Positions 37,229 through 46,591 of a stretch of DNA of 64,000 bases are shown here, in pieces. This DNA comes from a virus, in the IMG/VR virus record IMGVR_UViG_3300046832_000578; one strand, given 5' to 3'. The position numbers were made by a program, and so were the translations under genes. The notes beneath the pieces are model-generated. The model did not search any database and had not been told where the DNA came from. It saw nothing but the letters and a program-made list of their open reading frames with translations. Within the stretch, counting starts at the first letter, position 1. Every line of letters starts with the position of its first letter.

Positions 37229-38360
37229 CTTGGGTGATGGTACTGTTGGATTTCAACCAGCACTAGCAAGAGCAAGTCGAAGATCTAAAGTAAGAGCAAA
37301 AAAGCGTACTGAAAGATTTCTTAGAAAATTTACATGGGATGCCACTGATGGGCAGTTTAATTTGAAAGATATTATGGAAGATAATAAAATATTTTTGGGT
37401 GTTTCTGATTTTGATGATCTAATCACATCTCAGATTATGGAACGTCGTGTGATTGCCAACAACTCCACTGTTCAACGAGAGACAACTGTTCTCGCAAATC
37501 GTGACACATGGAAAACCTGGGCAGAAGCAAACTTTAAAGATTTTCTTTTTGTTCAAACAAATTCTTCTAATGGATTTATTATTGAAGAAGAAACAAATAA
37601 CTTTATCAAGTTCGATGTAAACAGCAACTCAACAACTGTTCGTGCATTCGGTGATACTGATTTTGCTGATGATGTTATCGAAATCGTTGAAGAAAACTTC
37701 TCTGTTGTAACTTCATACATTGAATGGATTTATGGTAGTGATGGCAACTCTGTAAATGTTCCATTAAATCGTGATCGTCTTCCTGTCGAAGAAATGTACC
37801 CATTTCTTAAAGACGAGTCACTAGAATCTTATTACGATCGTTACATGGAATCTTCTGCAAACATTCTCCTACTAATTGGACCTCCAGGAACTGGCAAGAC
37901 TACATTTATTCGTGGTCTGCTTGCACATCGTAATTGTTCAGCAATCGTTACATATGACGCAGCAATTCTTGAGAAGGATGCTTTCTTTGCTCGCTTTATC
38001 GAAGATGATGCAGAAGTTATGGTTCTTGAAGACAGCGATGCATTCCTGAAGTCACGTAGCGATGGCAATACAATGATGCATCGATTCTTAAATGTTGGTG
38101 ATGGTCTTGTTACAACCAAAGGTAAGAAGATGATCTTCTCTACCAATCTCCCAAGTATCCGTGACATTGATTCTGCATTAGTTCGTCCAGGAAGATGCTT
38201 TGACATTGTCACATTTGATGTATTAAATTATGGACAGGCAACTACTTTAGCGAAAAAACTTAATGTCGATTTGCCAGAAATTAAAGACAGTTATTCTATC
38301 GCTGAAGTGTTCAACGAACAACAGCACAAAGCGAAAGAAAGAAAGGTAGGTTTTCTTTGA
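37188..38360 (+). CDS. AAA+ ATPase (classical AAA clade)
   Basis: LIGPPGTGKTT, VLEDSD, LNVGDG, IFSTN, IDSALVRPGRCFD (second region of homology). Start uncertain (37188 or 37374). Confidence 0.85.
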   Translation: MMTVSRSIRDLIRDLGDGTVGFQPALARASRRSKVRAKKRTERFLRKFTWDATDGQFNLKDIMEDNKIFLGVSDFDDLITSQIMERRVIANNSTVQRETTVLANRDTWKTWAEANFKDFLFVQTNSSNGFIIEEETNNFIKFDVNSNSTTVRAFGDTDFADDVIEIVEENFSVVTSYIEWIYGSDGNSVNVPLNRDRLPVEEMYPFLKDESLESYYDRYMESSANILLLIGPPGTGKTTFIRGLLAHRNCSAIVTYDAAILEKDAFFARFIEDDAEVMVLEDSDAFLKSRSDGNTMMHRFLNVGDGLVTTKGKKMIFSTNLPSIRDIDSALVRPGRCFDIVTFDVLNYGQATTLAKKLNVDLPEIKDSYSIAEVFNEQQHKAKERKVGFL

Positions 38361-39412
38361 AAGTAGCCATTATTACAGATCAACACTTTGGTGCAAGAAA
38401 TGATAGTATTGCATTCTTAGATTTCTTCCAAAAATTCTATGATAACACTTTCTTTACTACACTTGATCAGCAGGGTATTGATACTGTTCTCATTCTTGGT
38501 GACACTTTTGATCGTAGGAAATATGTTAATTTCTACGCACTCCAACGAGCCAAAGAAATGTTCTTTAACAAACTTTCTGATCGAGGCATTTCTGTTTATA
38601 TGCTTGCTGGTAATCATGACACTTACTATAAGAATACTAATGATGTGAACTCACCAGACCTTCTATTAAAAGAATATAAAAACATTAAAGTTATAGACAA
38701 ACCCACAACGATTGATGTTGGTGGGTTTAACATTTGTATGATGCCATGGATATGTCCAGAAAACTATCAGGCATCATTGGATGAATTAGAAACTACAACT
38801 GCCGAAATTTGCATGGGACATTTCGAGATCGCAGGATTCGCCATGTATAGAGGAATGCAATCCAATGAAGGATTATCTAAAGAAACATTTAATAAGTTTG
38901 ACCTTGTGTTTTCTGGTCATTATCATCATCGTTCAGATGATGGTCATATTTACTATCTCGGCAATCCCTATGAACTTACTTGGCAGGATTACAAAGACAC
39001 TAGAGGATTCCACCTGTTTGATCTCAACAACAGAGGACTCGAATTCATACCAAATCCAAATACTATGTTTGAAAGAATCGAATACAACGACAAAGAGCAA
39101 GAGCCCATCGACCTCGATGCAATCGATCTAAATCAAAAGTTTGTAAAACTGGTTGTTGTGAATAAAAATGACTTCTATAAATTTGACAAGTTTATTCAGA
39201 AGTTGTATAATAAGGGATGTTATGAAATCAAAATTATTGAAGATCTATCAGAGTTTGAAGATGGTGAGATCGGTGAGGAAATTAACCTTGAAGATACGCT
39301 ATCTGTACTTGCTAATTACATTGACTCGGTTGAGACGGATGTTGATAAAGAACAGATCAAAACTTTTATGAGGACTCTGTATACTGAAGCAGTTAATGTG
39401 GAGGTGGTATAA
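38357..39412 (+). CDS. gp47: Recombination endonuclease subunit gp47 (Mre11/SbcD-like)
   Basis: ITDQHFG, LGDTFDRRK, GNHD, GHFE, FSGHYH, YLGNP. TTG start. Confidence 0.95.
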   Translation: MKVAIITDQHFGARNDSIAFLDFFQKFYDNTFFTTLDQQGIDTVLILGDTFDRRKYVNFYALQRAKEMFFNKLSDRGISVYMLAGNHDTYYKNTNDVNSPDLLLKEYKNIKVIDKPTTIDVGGFNICMMPWICPENYQASLDELETTTAEICMGHFEIAGFAMYRGMQSNEGLSKETFNKFDLVFSGHYHHRSDDGHIYYLGNPYELTWQDYKDTRGFHLFDLNNRGLEFIPNPNTMFERIEYNDKEQEPIDLDAIDLNQKFVKLVVVNKNDFYKFDKFIQKLYNKGCYEIKIIEDLSEFEDGEIGEEINLEDTLSVLANYIDSVETDVDKEQIKTFMRTLYTEAVNVEVV

Positions 39413-39720
39413 TGCAACAACTTAACATAGAGTATTTCTTTCCACTGACAGAACAGATTCCACTTGAGTTGGATTATGAACCAAGTAGATTATATGCAAA
39501 AGAACTGAATCGTCAAAGAAGCATTGATGGTAGTTCAGGACAGTTTCTAATAAATGGTGGAACTAATAGTACATGGACTACCTTGTCTACTAATCTAGGT
39601 AGCCCATCCTTTACTATTAATGTTGATGCCATGCCAATTACTATTATCTCTAAAAAGAAACCCAATTTTATAATGAAGTTCATTTATAAGTCTATGGGTA
39701 TGAAATGGAAAGCTGAATGA
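39412..39720 (+). CDS. Hypothetical protein
   Basis: 102 aa ORF with GGAGG SD between gp47 and gp46. Confidence 0.6.
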   Translation: MQQLNIEYFFPLTEQIPLELDYEPSRLYAKELNRQRSIDGSSGQFLINGGTNSTWTTLSTNLGSPSFTINVDAMPITIISKKKPNFIMKFIYKSMGMKWKAE

Positions 39721-41432
39721 TAGAATTTAAGTCTGTACAATGGAAGAACTTTTTATCCACTGGTAATTCACCGAATAAAGTATTACTAAACAAATCCCCA
39801 ACAACTCTTATTATTGGTAAGAATGGTGAAGGTAAGAGCACAATCTTAGATGCATTGTGCTTTTCGTTATTTGGTAAACCATTTCGTAATATTAATAAGG
39901 GGCAGTTGGTCAACTCCATCAATGGAAAGAACTGTCTTGTTGAAATAGAACTTTCTATAGGTACAAAAGATTATAAAATCATCCGTGGAATAAAGCCAAA
40001 TGTATTTGAGATTTGGTCTGATGGAGACTTACTCAATCAAGATGCAGCATCTCGTGATTATCAAAAAGTTCTTGAACAACAAATCCTAAAGTTAAACTAC
40101 AAAACATTCACACAGGTTGTCATTCTTGGTTCTGCGTCGTTTGTTCCATTTATGCAGTTACCAACAACTCAACGAAGAGAAGTTATTGAAGACATTCTTG
40201 ACATTCGCATTTTCTCTACAATGAATCAACTCTTGAAAGAAAAGGCACAGGAAACTAAAGATGCCATATTCAAAATTGAAAACGAGATTGCCAGTGCAAA
40301 AGATAAGGTTGACTCACAACAAGCGATTATCAAAACAATCACTGAAGCGAAAACAGAAAATATCAACAACATCTTATCCAAGATTTCTGCAAACTCTACT
40401 GAGATTTTATCTGTCGAGGGCGAGATCGAACTTATCATTTCGCAGATCGATACTCTTAAAGCAAGCATCAATGATAAGGAAGATGTTACTGAAGGAATTG
40501 AGAAAGCCAAATCAATCAAATCAAAGTTGCTTCAAAAGATCGAAACTTGCGAGCATAACACAGAGTTCTTTAGTGAGCACCATGTATGTCCAAGCTGTAA
40601 CCAAGATATCGCAGAAGAATACAAAGAGACCATTATCAAAGACCTTAATGCAAAAATGTTGGACAACAACAAAAAGATTGGTGAACTTGAAACTGTCCTC
40701 TCCAATCTTAATGAAAAGTTATCTCGAATCAATGAAGTACAATCGCAAATTACCGATAAGAATATTGAACTATCTACAAGAAACTCAACAATCACCCTGC
40801 TCAATAAACAGATTAAAGAAATGCAGGCTGAAGTTGAAAGCACAAAAACTGATACGACAAATATCGATGAAGAGAAGCGTAAGTTAAAAGAACTTGCTAC
40901 TGATGCCATTACTAAAATTAGTACCAAAACATCTTTACAAGAACAAAGAAATCTAGAAGAAGTTGCTTCGATTCTTTTAAAAGACACTGGAATTAAGACA
41001 GCAATTATTCGTGAGTATTTACCTGTAATGAATAAACTCATCAACAAGTATTTAAATGCTATGGATGCGTATATTCATTTCGAGTTAGATGAAGCATTCA
41101 ATGAGATTGTTAAGTCAAGACATCGTGATGACTTTACATATGCTTCTTTCTCTGAAGGTGAGAAGATGCGTATTGACTTATCAATTCTATTCACATGGCG
41201 ACAGATTGCCAAGATGAAAAACTCTGTCAATACAAACCTACTACTGCTTGATGAGATCTTTGATTCATCTTTAGATACGGCAGGAACAGATTACTTCCTA
41301 TCATTGATGGGTTCATTCGGTGAAAACACCAACATATTTGTAATCTCTCACAAAGGTGATCAACTGTTTGACAAGTTTAGATCCGTTATTAAGTTTGAAA
41401 AACGCAACGATTTTTCAGTTATTGCAACTTAG
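39717..41432 (+). CDS. gp46: Recombination endonuclease ATPase subunit gp46 (Rad50/SbcC-like)
   Basis: WKNFLSTGN, GKNGEGKST, zinc hook CPSC, FSEGEKMRID, LLDEIFDSSLD, VISH. Confidence 0.96.
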   Translation: MIEFKSVQWKNFLSTGNSPNKVLLNKSPTTLIIGKNGEGKSTILDALCFSLFGKPFRNINKGQLVNSINGKNCLVEIELSIGTKDYKIIRGIKPNVFEIWSDGDLLNQDAASRDYQKVLEQQILKLNYKTFTQVVILGSASFVPFMQLPTTQRREVIEDILDIRIFSTMNQLLKEKAQETKDAIFKIENEIASAKDKVDSQQAIIKTITEAKTENINNILSKISANSTEILSVEGEIELIISQIDTLKASINDKEDVTEGIEKAKSIKSKLLQKIETCEHNTEFFSEHHVCPSCNQDIAEEYKETIIKDLNAKMLDNNKKIGELETVLSNLNEKLSRINEVQSQITDKNIELSTRNSTITLLNKQIKEMQAEVESTKTDTTNIDEEKRKLKELATDAITKISTKTSLQEQRNLEEVASILLKDTGIKTAIIREYLPVMNKLINKYLNAMDAYIHFELDEAFNEIVKSRHRDDFTYASFSEGEKMRIDLSILFTWRQIAKMKNSVNTNLLLLDEIFDSSLDTAGTDYFLSLMGSFGENTNIFVISHKGDQLFDKFRSVIKFEKRNDFSVIAT

Positions 41433-41483
41433 TAAGTAGTCACTCTCCCTTCAACCCCTGTAGATTCGGGGTAAAAATAATTG

Positions 41484-41512
41484 TTGTCTTTAATTCAATT
41501 TTAGTCCATAAT
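41484..41512 (+). promoter_or_regulatory. Early promoter cassette TTGTCTTTAATT
   Basis: TTGTCT-17 bp-CATAAT, preceded by ACCCC...GGGGT hairpin. Confidence 0.7.
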
Positions 41513-41537
41513 TCAATCTATCGTTATGGAGAAAATT

Positions 41538-41711
41538 ATGGAAAATCAATGGAGTGGTTTTGATGACTTTGAATTGGCATGTTTGTGTGCTGACTACGGA
41601 TACGAAGATGCACTTGAGATTGTAGAAATCTTGCCTGTGAAATTAGGTAATCGTGCACAAATTGAAACACTGCTAACCCAGCACGAATTTGAAATGGCAT
41701 TCGGAGAATAA
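41538..41711 (+). CDS. Small hypothetical early protein
   Basis: GGAG SD, immediately downstream of a promoter. Confidence 0.6.
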   Translation: MENQWSGFDDFELACLCADYGYEDALEIVEILPVKLGNRAQIETLLTQHEFEMAFGE

Positions 41712-41718
41712 ATATATT

Positions 41719-43902
41719 ATGGAAATGAAAGCATCTGATCTATCCGCAAGACTTCTTGCCACTGAAAATCTTTCAGTGATTCGTGCAAGAACTCGCACTG
41801 CATCTTTCGACATCAAGTCACGAGTGTTGACTCTTCCGATGTGGAAAGACATGACTCCCGAAATTGAAGACATGCTCATTGGGCACGAAGTTGGTCACGC
41901 ATTATATACGCTAGACCAGTATACAGACCCAATTAAAGAAAACCCTAAGATTATGGGTTACATGAATGTTCTCGAAGATGTTCGTATCGAGAAACTAATC
42001 AAACGCAAGTATCCAGGATTGCGTAAACGCATGAATGAAGGATACCGACAACTCAACGATCGTGATTTCTTTGGCACTAAACAAGTCCAAAACTTTGCAG
42101 ATCTTCTCTTGATTGACAAAATCAATTTATACTTCAAAGCAGGATTCTCTTGTGGTGTTACATTCACACCTGATGAAAAGATATTTGTGAATCGTGCAGA
42201 GCGTACTGAAACAGTTGAAGAAGTTATTGAATTGGCACAAGATGTTTATGCATATGCCAAACAACAGGCTGAAGAGCGCAAGCAACGCATGAAAGAAGAA
42301 AACCCTCAAGACTTCGAAGATGAAGACGAGGAAGATCCAATTTATGCTGACTTTGATGATTTGGATATGGATGGTGATTGGGATGAACAGGAAGACGATG
42401 AACCTGATTTGAAACCAACATCTTCACCGAAGAATCAAAACGATGAACGCAAACAGGAAGACGATGAACCTGATTTGGAATCTCAAACAGATCGTGCCTT
42501 CCAAAGTAAACTTGAGGATCTTGCAGACGAAAATACAGAGTACAAGTATTGGAAGTTTGATACTGCACCTAAAGATATTATTGTTGGGTACAAACAAATT
42601 CTAAATGAAACTAAATCACCTGAACTCTGGTCTCAAGAAGAAACAGATGGTAGATATCGTTATGTCAATAAAGAAGACATGCAACGAATCTTTGAGGCAC
42701 AATCAAAAGATTTTGATAACTTCAAGACAGAATCAATTCGTACTGTAAATTATCTTGTCAAAGAATTTGAGATGAAAAAGTCTGCACAATTGTATAAGCG
42801 TGCACAAGTATCAAAGATTGGCTCTCTTGACATGAAGAAACTCTATGCATACAAATTGCAAGATGATTTGTTCAAGCGTGTCACAACGATTCCTAAAGGT
42901 AAGAATCATGGTATGATTCTACTTGTTGATTGGTCTGGTTCGATGAGTGAAGTCTTACAAGATACATTGAAACAAGTTATTAACTTGGCGATGTTCTGTA
43001 ATCGTGTTCAGATTCCATATCGTGTCTTTGCATTCACTGATGGATACAAAGATAAAGCCAATAAAGTTGCTGCAGAGGATTGGGCTGCACACTGCGAAAA
43101 ACTAAAAGAAATTTACAACGCAAAGGTAGAACAAGGCGATATCATTAAGATCGAGGGTTTCCATCTTCTTGAATTGTTTAGCAACAAAATGACTACCAGC
43201 GAGTTTAATAACATGGCTCGTCGTGTATTGGATTATCGTTTCCAATGGAATGAAGGATACAGCACTGGTGGAACACCATTGAATGAAGCATTGGTCTGGT
43301 GTTATCAGAACATTGGTGATTACATGAAGAACAATTCTATTGAGAAGATGACATTCATTACTCTTACTGATGGCGAGGGTGCATCATTGAGTGGTTATGG
43401 ACATCGTTATCTTGAAGAATCTAGAACTGAAATTATTGGCAGTGAATACAAGCGTATCAAAACCAAACATCTTATGCGTGATGAAGTTACTCAGAAAACA
43501 TATGAGATGAGTCGTTACTCAAACTTCCAAGCAGAAATGATTTTGCGTATGATGAAAGATCGTTATGGTATTGCATTGGTAGGATTCCATATCTGTCGTA
43601 ACACTCGTCGTGATTTGTCTGGTGTTCTGAATGCTAATCTACCATCTTTCCGTGGCGATCAATTCTCAGTCATTGAAACATGGAGAAAAGATTTCCGTGC
43701 ACAAGGGTTTGCATCTATCAAAAACACTGGTCGTGATGACTTGTTTATTATCCCACAATCTTCTACCAGAATTGAAGAGGGTGAGTTGGATGTAAAGGCA
43801 GATGCAAATGCAAAAGCGATTGCAAGAAACTTTGGCAAATTCTTGAATGTCAAGAAGACTAGCCGAGTCCTACTCAATCGTTTCGTGGCTCTAGTAGCGT
43901 AA
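41719..43902 (+). CDS. Zincin-like (HEXXH) plus VWA domain protein, CobT-like partner of the CobS/MoxR ATPase
   Basis: HEVGH and NVLEDVRIE, acidic linker, MIDAS DWSGSM, GGTPL, LTDGEG. Confidence 0.85.
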   Translation: MEMKASDLSARLLATENLSVIRARTRTASFDIKSRVLTLPMWKDMTPEIEDMLIGHEVGHALYTLDQYTDPIKENPKIMGYMNVLEDVRIEKLIKRKYPGLRKRMNEGYRQLNDRDFFGTKQVQNFADLLLIDKINLYFKAGFSCGVTFTPDEKIFVNRAERTETVEEVIELAQDVYAYAKQQAEERKQRMKEENPQDFEDEDEEDPIYADFDDLDMDGDWDEQEDDEPDLKPTSSPKNQNDERKQEDDEPDLESQTDRAFQSKLEDLADENTEYKYWKFDTAPKDIIVGYKQILNETKSPELWSQEETDGRYRYVNKEDMQRIFEAQSKDFDNFKTESIRTVNYLVKEFEMKKSAQLYKRAQVSKIGSLDMKKLYAYKLQDDLFKRVTTIPKGKNHGMILLVDWSGSMSEVLQDTLKQVINLAMFCNRVQIPYRVFAFTDGYKDKANKVAAEDWAAHCEKLKEIYNAKVEQGDIIKIEGFHLLELFSNKMTTSEFNNMARRVLDYRFQWNEGYSTGGTPLNEALVWCYQNIGDYMKNNSIEKMTFITLTDGEGASLSGYGHRYLEESRTEIIGSEYKRIKTKHLMRDEVTQKTYEMSRYSNFQAEMILRMMKDRYGIALVGFHICRNTRRDLSGVLNANLPSFRGDQFSVIETWRKDFRAQGFASIKNTGRDDLFIIPQSSTRIEEGELDVKADANAKAIARNFGKFLNVKKTSRVLLNRFVALVA
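42386..42477 (+). repeat. 26-bp direct repeat within the acidic linker
   Basis: AACAGGAAGACGATGAACCTGATTTG at 42386-42411 and 42452-42477 (EDDEPDL twice). Confidence 0.8.
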
Positions 43903-43963
43903 GTTGTTGTTTTTACAGGGGAAACTAATCCCCTGTGACGTGTAGGGTTATTGCAAATAATGC

Positions 43964-43992
43964 TTGTCTTTAATTGCGATTTAGGTAATAAT
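43964..43992 (+). promoter_or_regulatory. Early promoter cassette TTGTCTTTAATT
   Basis: TTGTCT-17 bp-AATAAT, preceded by ACAGGGGA...TCCCCTGT hairpin. Confidence 0.6.
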
Positions 43993-44026
43993 TATGGATG
44001 TAATACTTGATTATGGAGAAAATGTG

Positions 44027-45187
44027 ATGGCAAAAACCGATACCCTGTTCCGTGAACAGTTTGAAGCAAAGATGCACGAATTGCACCCAGATGTGCAAAC
44101 TCGTGGTACTGTATCCCGTCCAGAATTGCTGGCTGTGATGCAAGCATTAAAGACTGAGAAATATCCTCTTTGGCTTATGAAAGATAAAGTTGGTCGTGGT
44201 CTATATGCAATTGATGGTGGTACTCATGCAGTTGTTGGAAACACTGCACTGAAACCTAAGGTTGAAACAAAACAAGAATCATTTATTGTGGACTACACTA
44301 ACACTGAAGCACTCATTCCAAAGAAAGATCCGAACTTTGTACCATTCGGTAACTACAATGATTTGGAACATATTATCAAGTCAGGTATCTTTTATCCTGC
44401 ATACATTTCTGGTCCAACTGGGAATGGCAAGTCAACGATGGTCGAACAAATTTGTGCAAAGCATAAGCGTCCATTGATTCGTGTTAATCTTAACATGATG
44501 ACTGACGAAGAACAACTCATCGGTTCCAAAACATTGGAAAATGGTAATGTGGAGATTATCGAGGGTCCAGTTCTTATCGCCATGCGCAATGGTACTGCAC
44601 TCTTGCTTGATGAGATTGATGCTGGCTCTGCCAATACTCTGCTCTGCTTGCAACCAATTCTTGAGGGTAAACCATACTACTTCAAACTCAAGAATGAGAT
44701 GATTGTTCCAGCTGAAGGATTCAACGTCTTTGCCACTGCCAATACTAAGGGTAAGGGTTCAGATGATGGTCGTTACATCGGTACAAACATTTTGAACGAA
44801 GCATTCTTGGAGCGATTCGCTGTGACATTCGAACAGGAATATCCTAATGCGAAGATCGAAGTTAAGATTATTAAGAATCTCATGGAAACTTATTCATGCT
44901 TAAATGAACAGTTTGCAGAGACACTCGTGAAGTGGGCGGATGCAATTCGTCGTACTTTCGAGGATGGTGGTGTGGATGAAACTATTACTACTCGTCGTAT
45001 GATTCACATTGTTCGTGCTTATGCAATCTTTAAGACCGAACAGAAAGCAGTTGAGTTATGTTGCAATCGTTTCGATGCTGCAACAAAGACTGCATTCATC
45101 GACTTGTATGATAAAGTTGCAAATCCGCAACCAGAGGTTGTCGTGGAGCAACCAGTTGCAACACCAGAAGACGAGGTTCCATTTTAA
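44027..45187 (+). CDS. cobS: CobS-like MoxR AAA+ ATPase
   Basis: PKKDPNFVPFG, GPTGNGKS, LLLDEID, LQPILEG, ATANTKGKGSDDGRYIGTNILNEAFLERF, ITTRR. Confidence 0.9.
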   Translation: MAKTDTLFREQFEAKMHELHPDVQTRGTVSRPELLAVMQALKTEKYPLWLMKDKVGRGLYAIDGGTHAVVGNTALKPKVETKQESFIVDYTNTEALIPKKDPNFVPFGNYNDLEHIIKSGIFYPAYISGPTGNGKSTMVEQICAKHKRPLIRVNLNMMTDEEQLIGSKTLENGNVEIIEGPVLIAMRNGTALLLDEIDAGSANTLLCLQPILEGKPYYFKLKNEMIVPAEGFNVFATANTKGKGSDDGRYIGTNILNEAFLERFAVTFEQEYPNAKIEVKIIKNLMETYSCLNEQFAETLVKWADAIRRTFEDGGVDETITTRRMIHIVRAYAIFKTEQKAVELCCNRFDAATKTAFIDLYDKVANPQPEVVVEQPVATPEDEVPF

Positions 45188-45189
45188 AC

Positions 45190-45218
45190 TTGTCTTTAAT
45201 TAGAAACTGTAGTATACT
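45190..45218 (+). promoter_or_regulatory. Early promoter cassette TTGTCTTTAATT
   Basis: TTGTCT-17 bp-TATACT. Confidence 0.72.
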
Positions 45219-45252
45219 TACATCTTGTTATCATTGAAAAAGGAAATTTATT

Positions 45253-45741
45253 ATGTTGAAATTTGCAAACTTGACCCTGTCCCAAAAACGATTCGTTGTG
45301 TCTGTTCTTGAGACCAACAAACAATACAAGAAAGATGGTCGCATTACTTTGAAAGAATGCGCATCGATCTATTACACTCTCCGTGACCAGCGTACTGGTG
45401 CGAAGAACGAGAAGATTGGTTACCCTAACTGGTTGTTCAATAAGAACAAAGTCGAGCGTGGTGTATATCAACTTCCCTTGCCTACTGAGTCAGACATGAC
45501 TGCATACAGCAAAGAACTCGCTGACAAGCAGACTCCAAAAGTCACTAAGGCGAAAGCCAAAGTTGCTAAACTTGCAAAGGCTAAAACTGTTAAAGTAAAA
45601 GCACCTAAGCAAGTTGAAGCACAGAAGACTGATGCATTGGAATCTTCTCGTCTGCAAAAAATCATCGATGATTCCATTCCTGTGGATGACGATATAGAAG
45701 ACTTTAATGCAATTCTTAAAGAGAATGGCATCGAAGTTTAA
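45253..45741 (+). CDS. Hypothetical basic protein
   Basis: AGGA SD; YPNWL..NKVERGVY resembles YPLWL.KDKVGRGLY in the CobS N-terminus; Lys/Ala-rich linker. Confidence 0.65.
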   Translation: MLKFANLTLSQKRFVVSVLETNKQYKKDGRITLKECASIYYTLRDQRTGAKNEKIGYPNWLFNKNKVERGVYQLPLPTESDMTAYSKELADKQTPKVTKAKAKVAKLAKAKTVKVKAPKQVEAQKTDALESSRLQKIIDDSIPVDDDIEDFNAILKENGIEV

Positions 45742-45756
45742 TTAAGATTTTTCGTG

Positions 45757-45791
45757 TCATCTGGGGTTAGCCATCCCCCAGATGATTTTTT
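45757..45791 (+). terminator. Intrinsic terminator
   Basis: TCATCTGGGG...CCCCAGATGA 10-bp stem plus T run. Confidence 0.7.
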
Positions 45792-45822
45792 CATTTGATG
45801 GTTTATTATGGAGATTTATTAT

Positions 45823-46083
45823 ATGTCTAAACAAGAACTGTTGTTGACCCACCTGCAAAAAGGTAAAGAGTTTACTGCAAAGCAGATCAAGTCCTCTTTT
45901 GGTATTGCACATCCTGCCAGCACTATTCGCAATTTGCGTGATCAAGGTTACTGTGTATACTCAAACCCAGCAGTTGTGAACGGCACTGAAGTGGTTAAGT
46001 ATCGCATTGGTCGTCCAACTCGCAAAATGGTAGCAATTGCTAATGCAGTAGCTGGATCATCTGTATTTACTCGTACAGCCTAA
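45823..46083 (+). CDS. Winged helix-turn-helix DNA-binding protein
   Basis: LL.HL..GKEFTAKQIKSSFGIAHPASTIRNLRDQGYCVYSN...YRIG. Confidence 0.7.
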   Translation: MSKQELLLTHLQKGKEFTAKQIKSSFGIAHPASTIRNLRDQGYCVYSNPAVVNGTEVVKYRIGRPTRKMVAIANAVAGSSVFTRTA

Positions 46084-46097
46084 TTAAGTGAGTAATC

Positions 46098-46124
46098 AAT
46101 GGACATTCTTCGGAGTGTCCATTT
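46098..46124 (+). terminator. Intrinsic terminator with UUCG loop
   Basis: AATGGACATTC-ttcg-GAGTGTCCATT. Confidence 0.7.
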
Positions 46125-46145
46125 GTTGTTTCATTTGGAGAGATT

Positions 46146-46517
46146 ATGGCAACCAAAGAAGATATTGTTCCTGTACCAGCAAATACTAAAAAAGGTTTAC
46201 AGGCTATAAAAGATAGTCAAACAGCTACGACTGGTGGACGAAAATTCGATGGAGGTAAACTACAATATGGTTTACTACCACCACTTGCATTAAAAGCAAC
46301 TGTAGAAATTCTAACATTTGGTGCGGAGAAATACGAACCAGATAATTGGAAGAATGTTCCAGACTCTAAACGAAGATACTTTGACGCAATGCAAAGACAT
46401 CTATGGGCATGGAAAGAGGGAGAGCAAGACGATCCCGAAACTGGAAAGAATCACTTGGCACATGCAATGTGCTGCCTTATGTTCTTATATGAACACGATG
46501 TTAAGTATTCAAAATAA
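46146..46517 (+). CDS. dATP/dGTP diphosphohydrolase-like protein (DUF5664)
   Basis: GRKFDGGK..Y.LLPP, GAEKYEPDNW, RYFDAMQRHL.AW..GE..DPETG.NHLAHA.CCL.FL. Confidence 0.85.
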   Translation: MATKEDIVPVPANTKKGLQAIKDSQTATTGGRKFDGGKLQYGLLPPLALKATVEILTFGAEKYEPDNWKNVPDSKRRYFDAMQRHLWAWKEGEQDDPETGKNHLAHAMCCLMFLYEHDVKYSK

Positions 46518-46519
46518 AT

Positions 46520-46548
46520 TTGTCAAAAACCTCGTTCTGAGGTATAAT
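46520..46548 (+). promoter_or_regulatory. Sigma70-type promoter for gp45
   Basis: TTGTCA-17 bp-TATAAT. Confidence 0.7.
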
Positions 46549-46591
46549 GTTTTATACATAGTAATGTAATCATTTGAATGGAGAAAAGTAA

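Noticed and set aside
44027-45187. CobS/CobT-like pair as a cobalt chelatase supplying the B12 radical SAM
   Set aside because: No CobN or other cobalamin genes are present; the pair is better read as a MoxR/VWA system.
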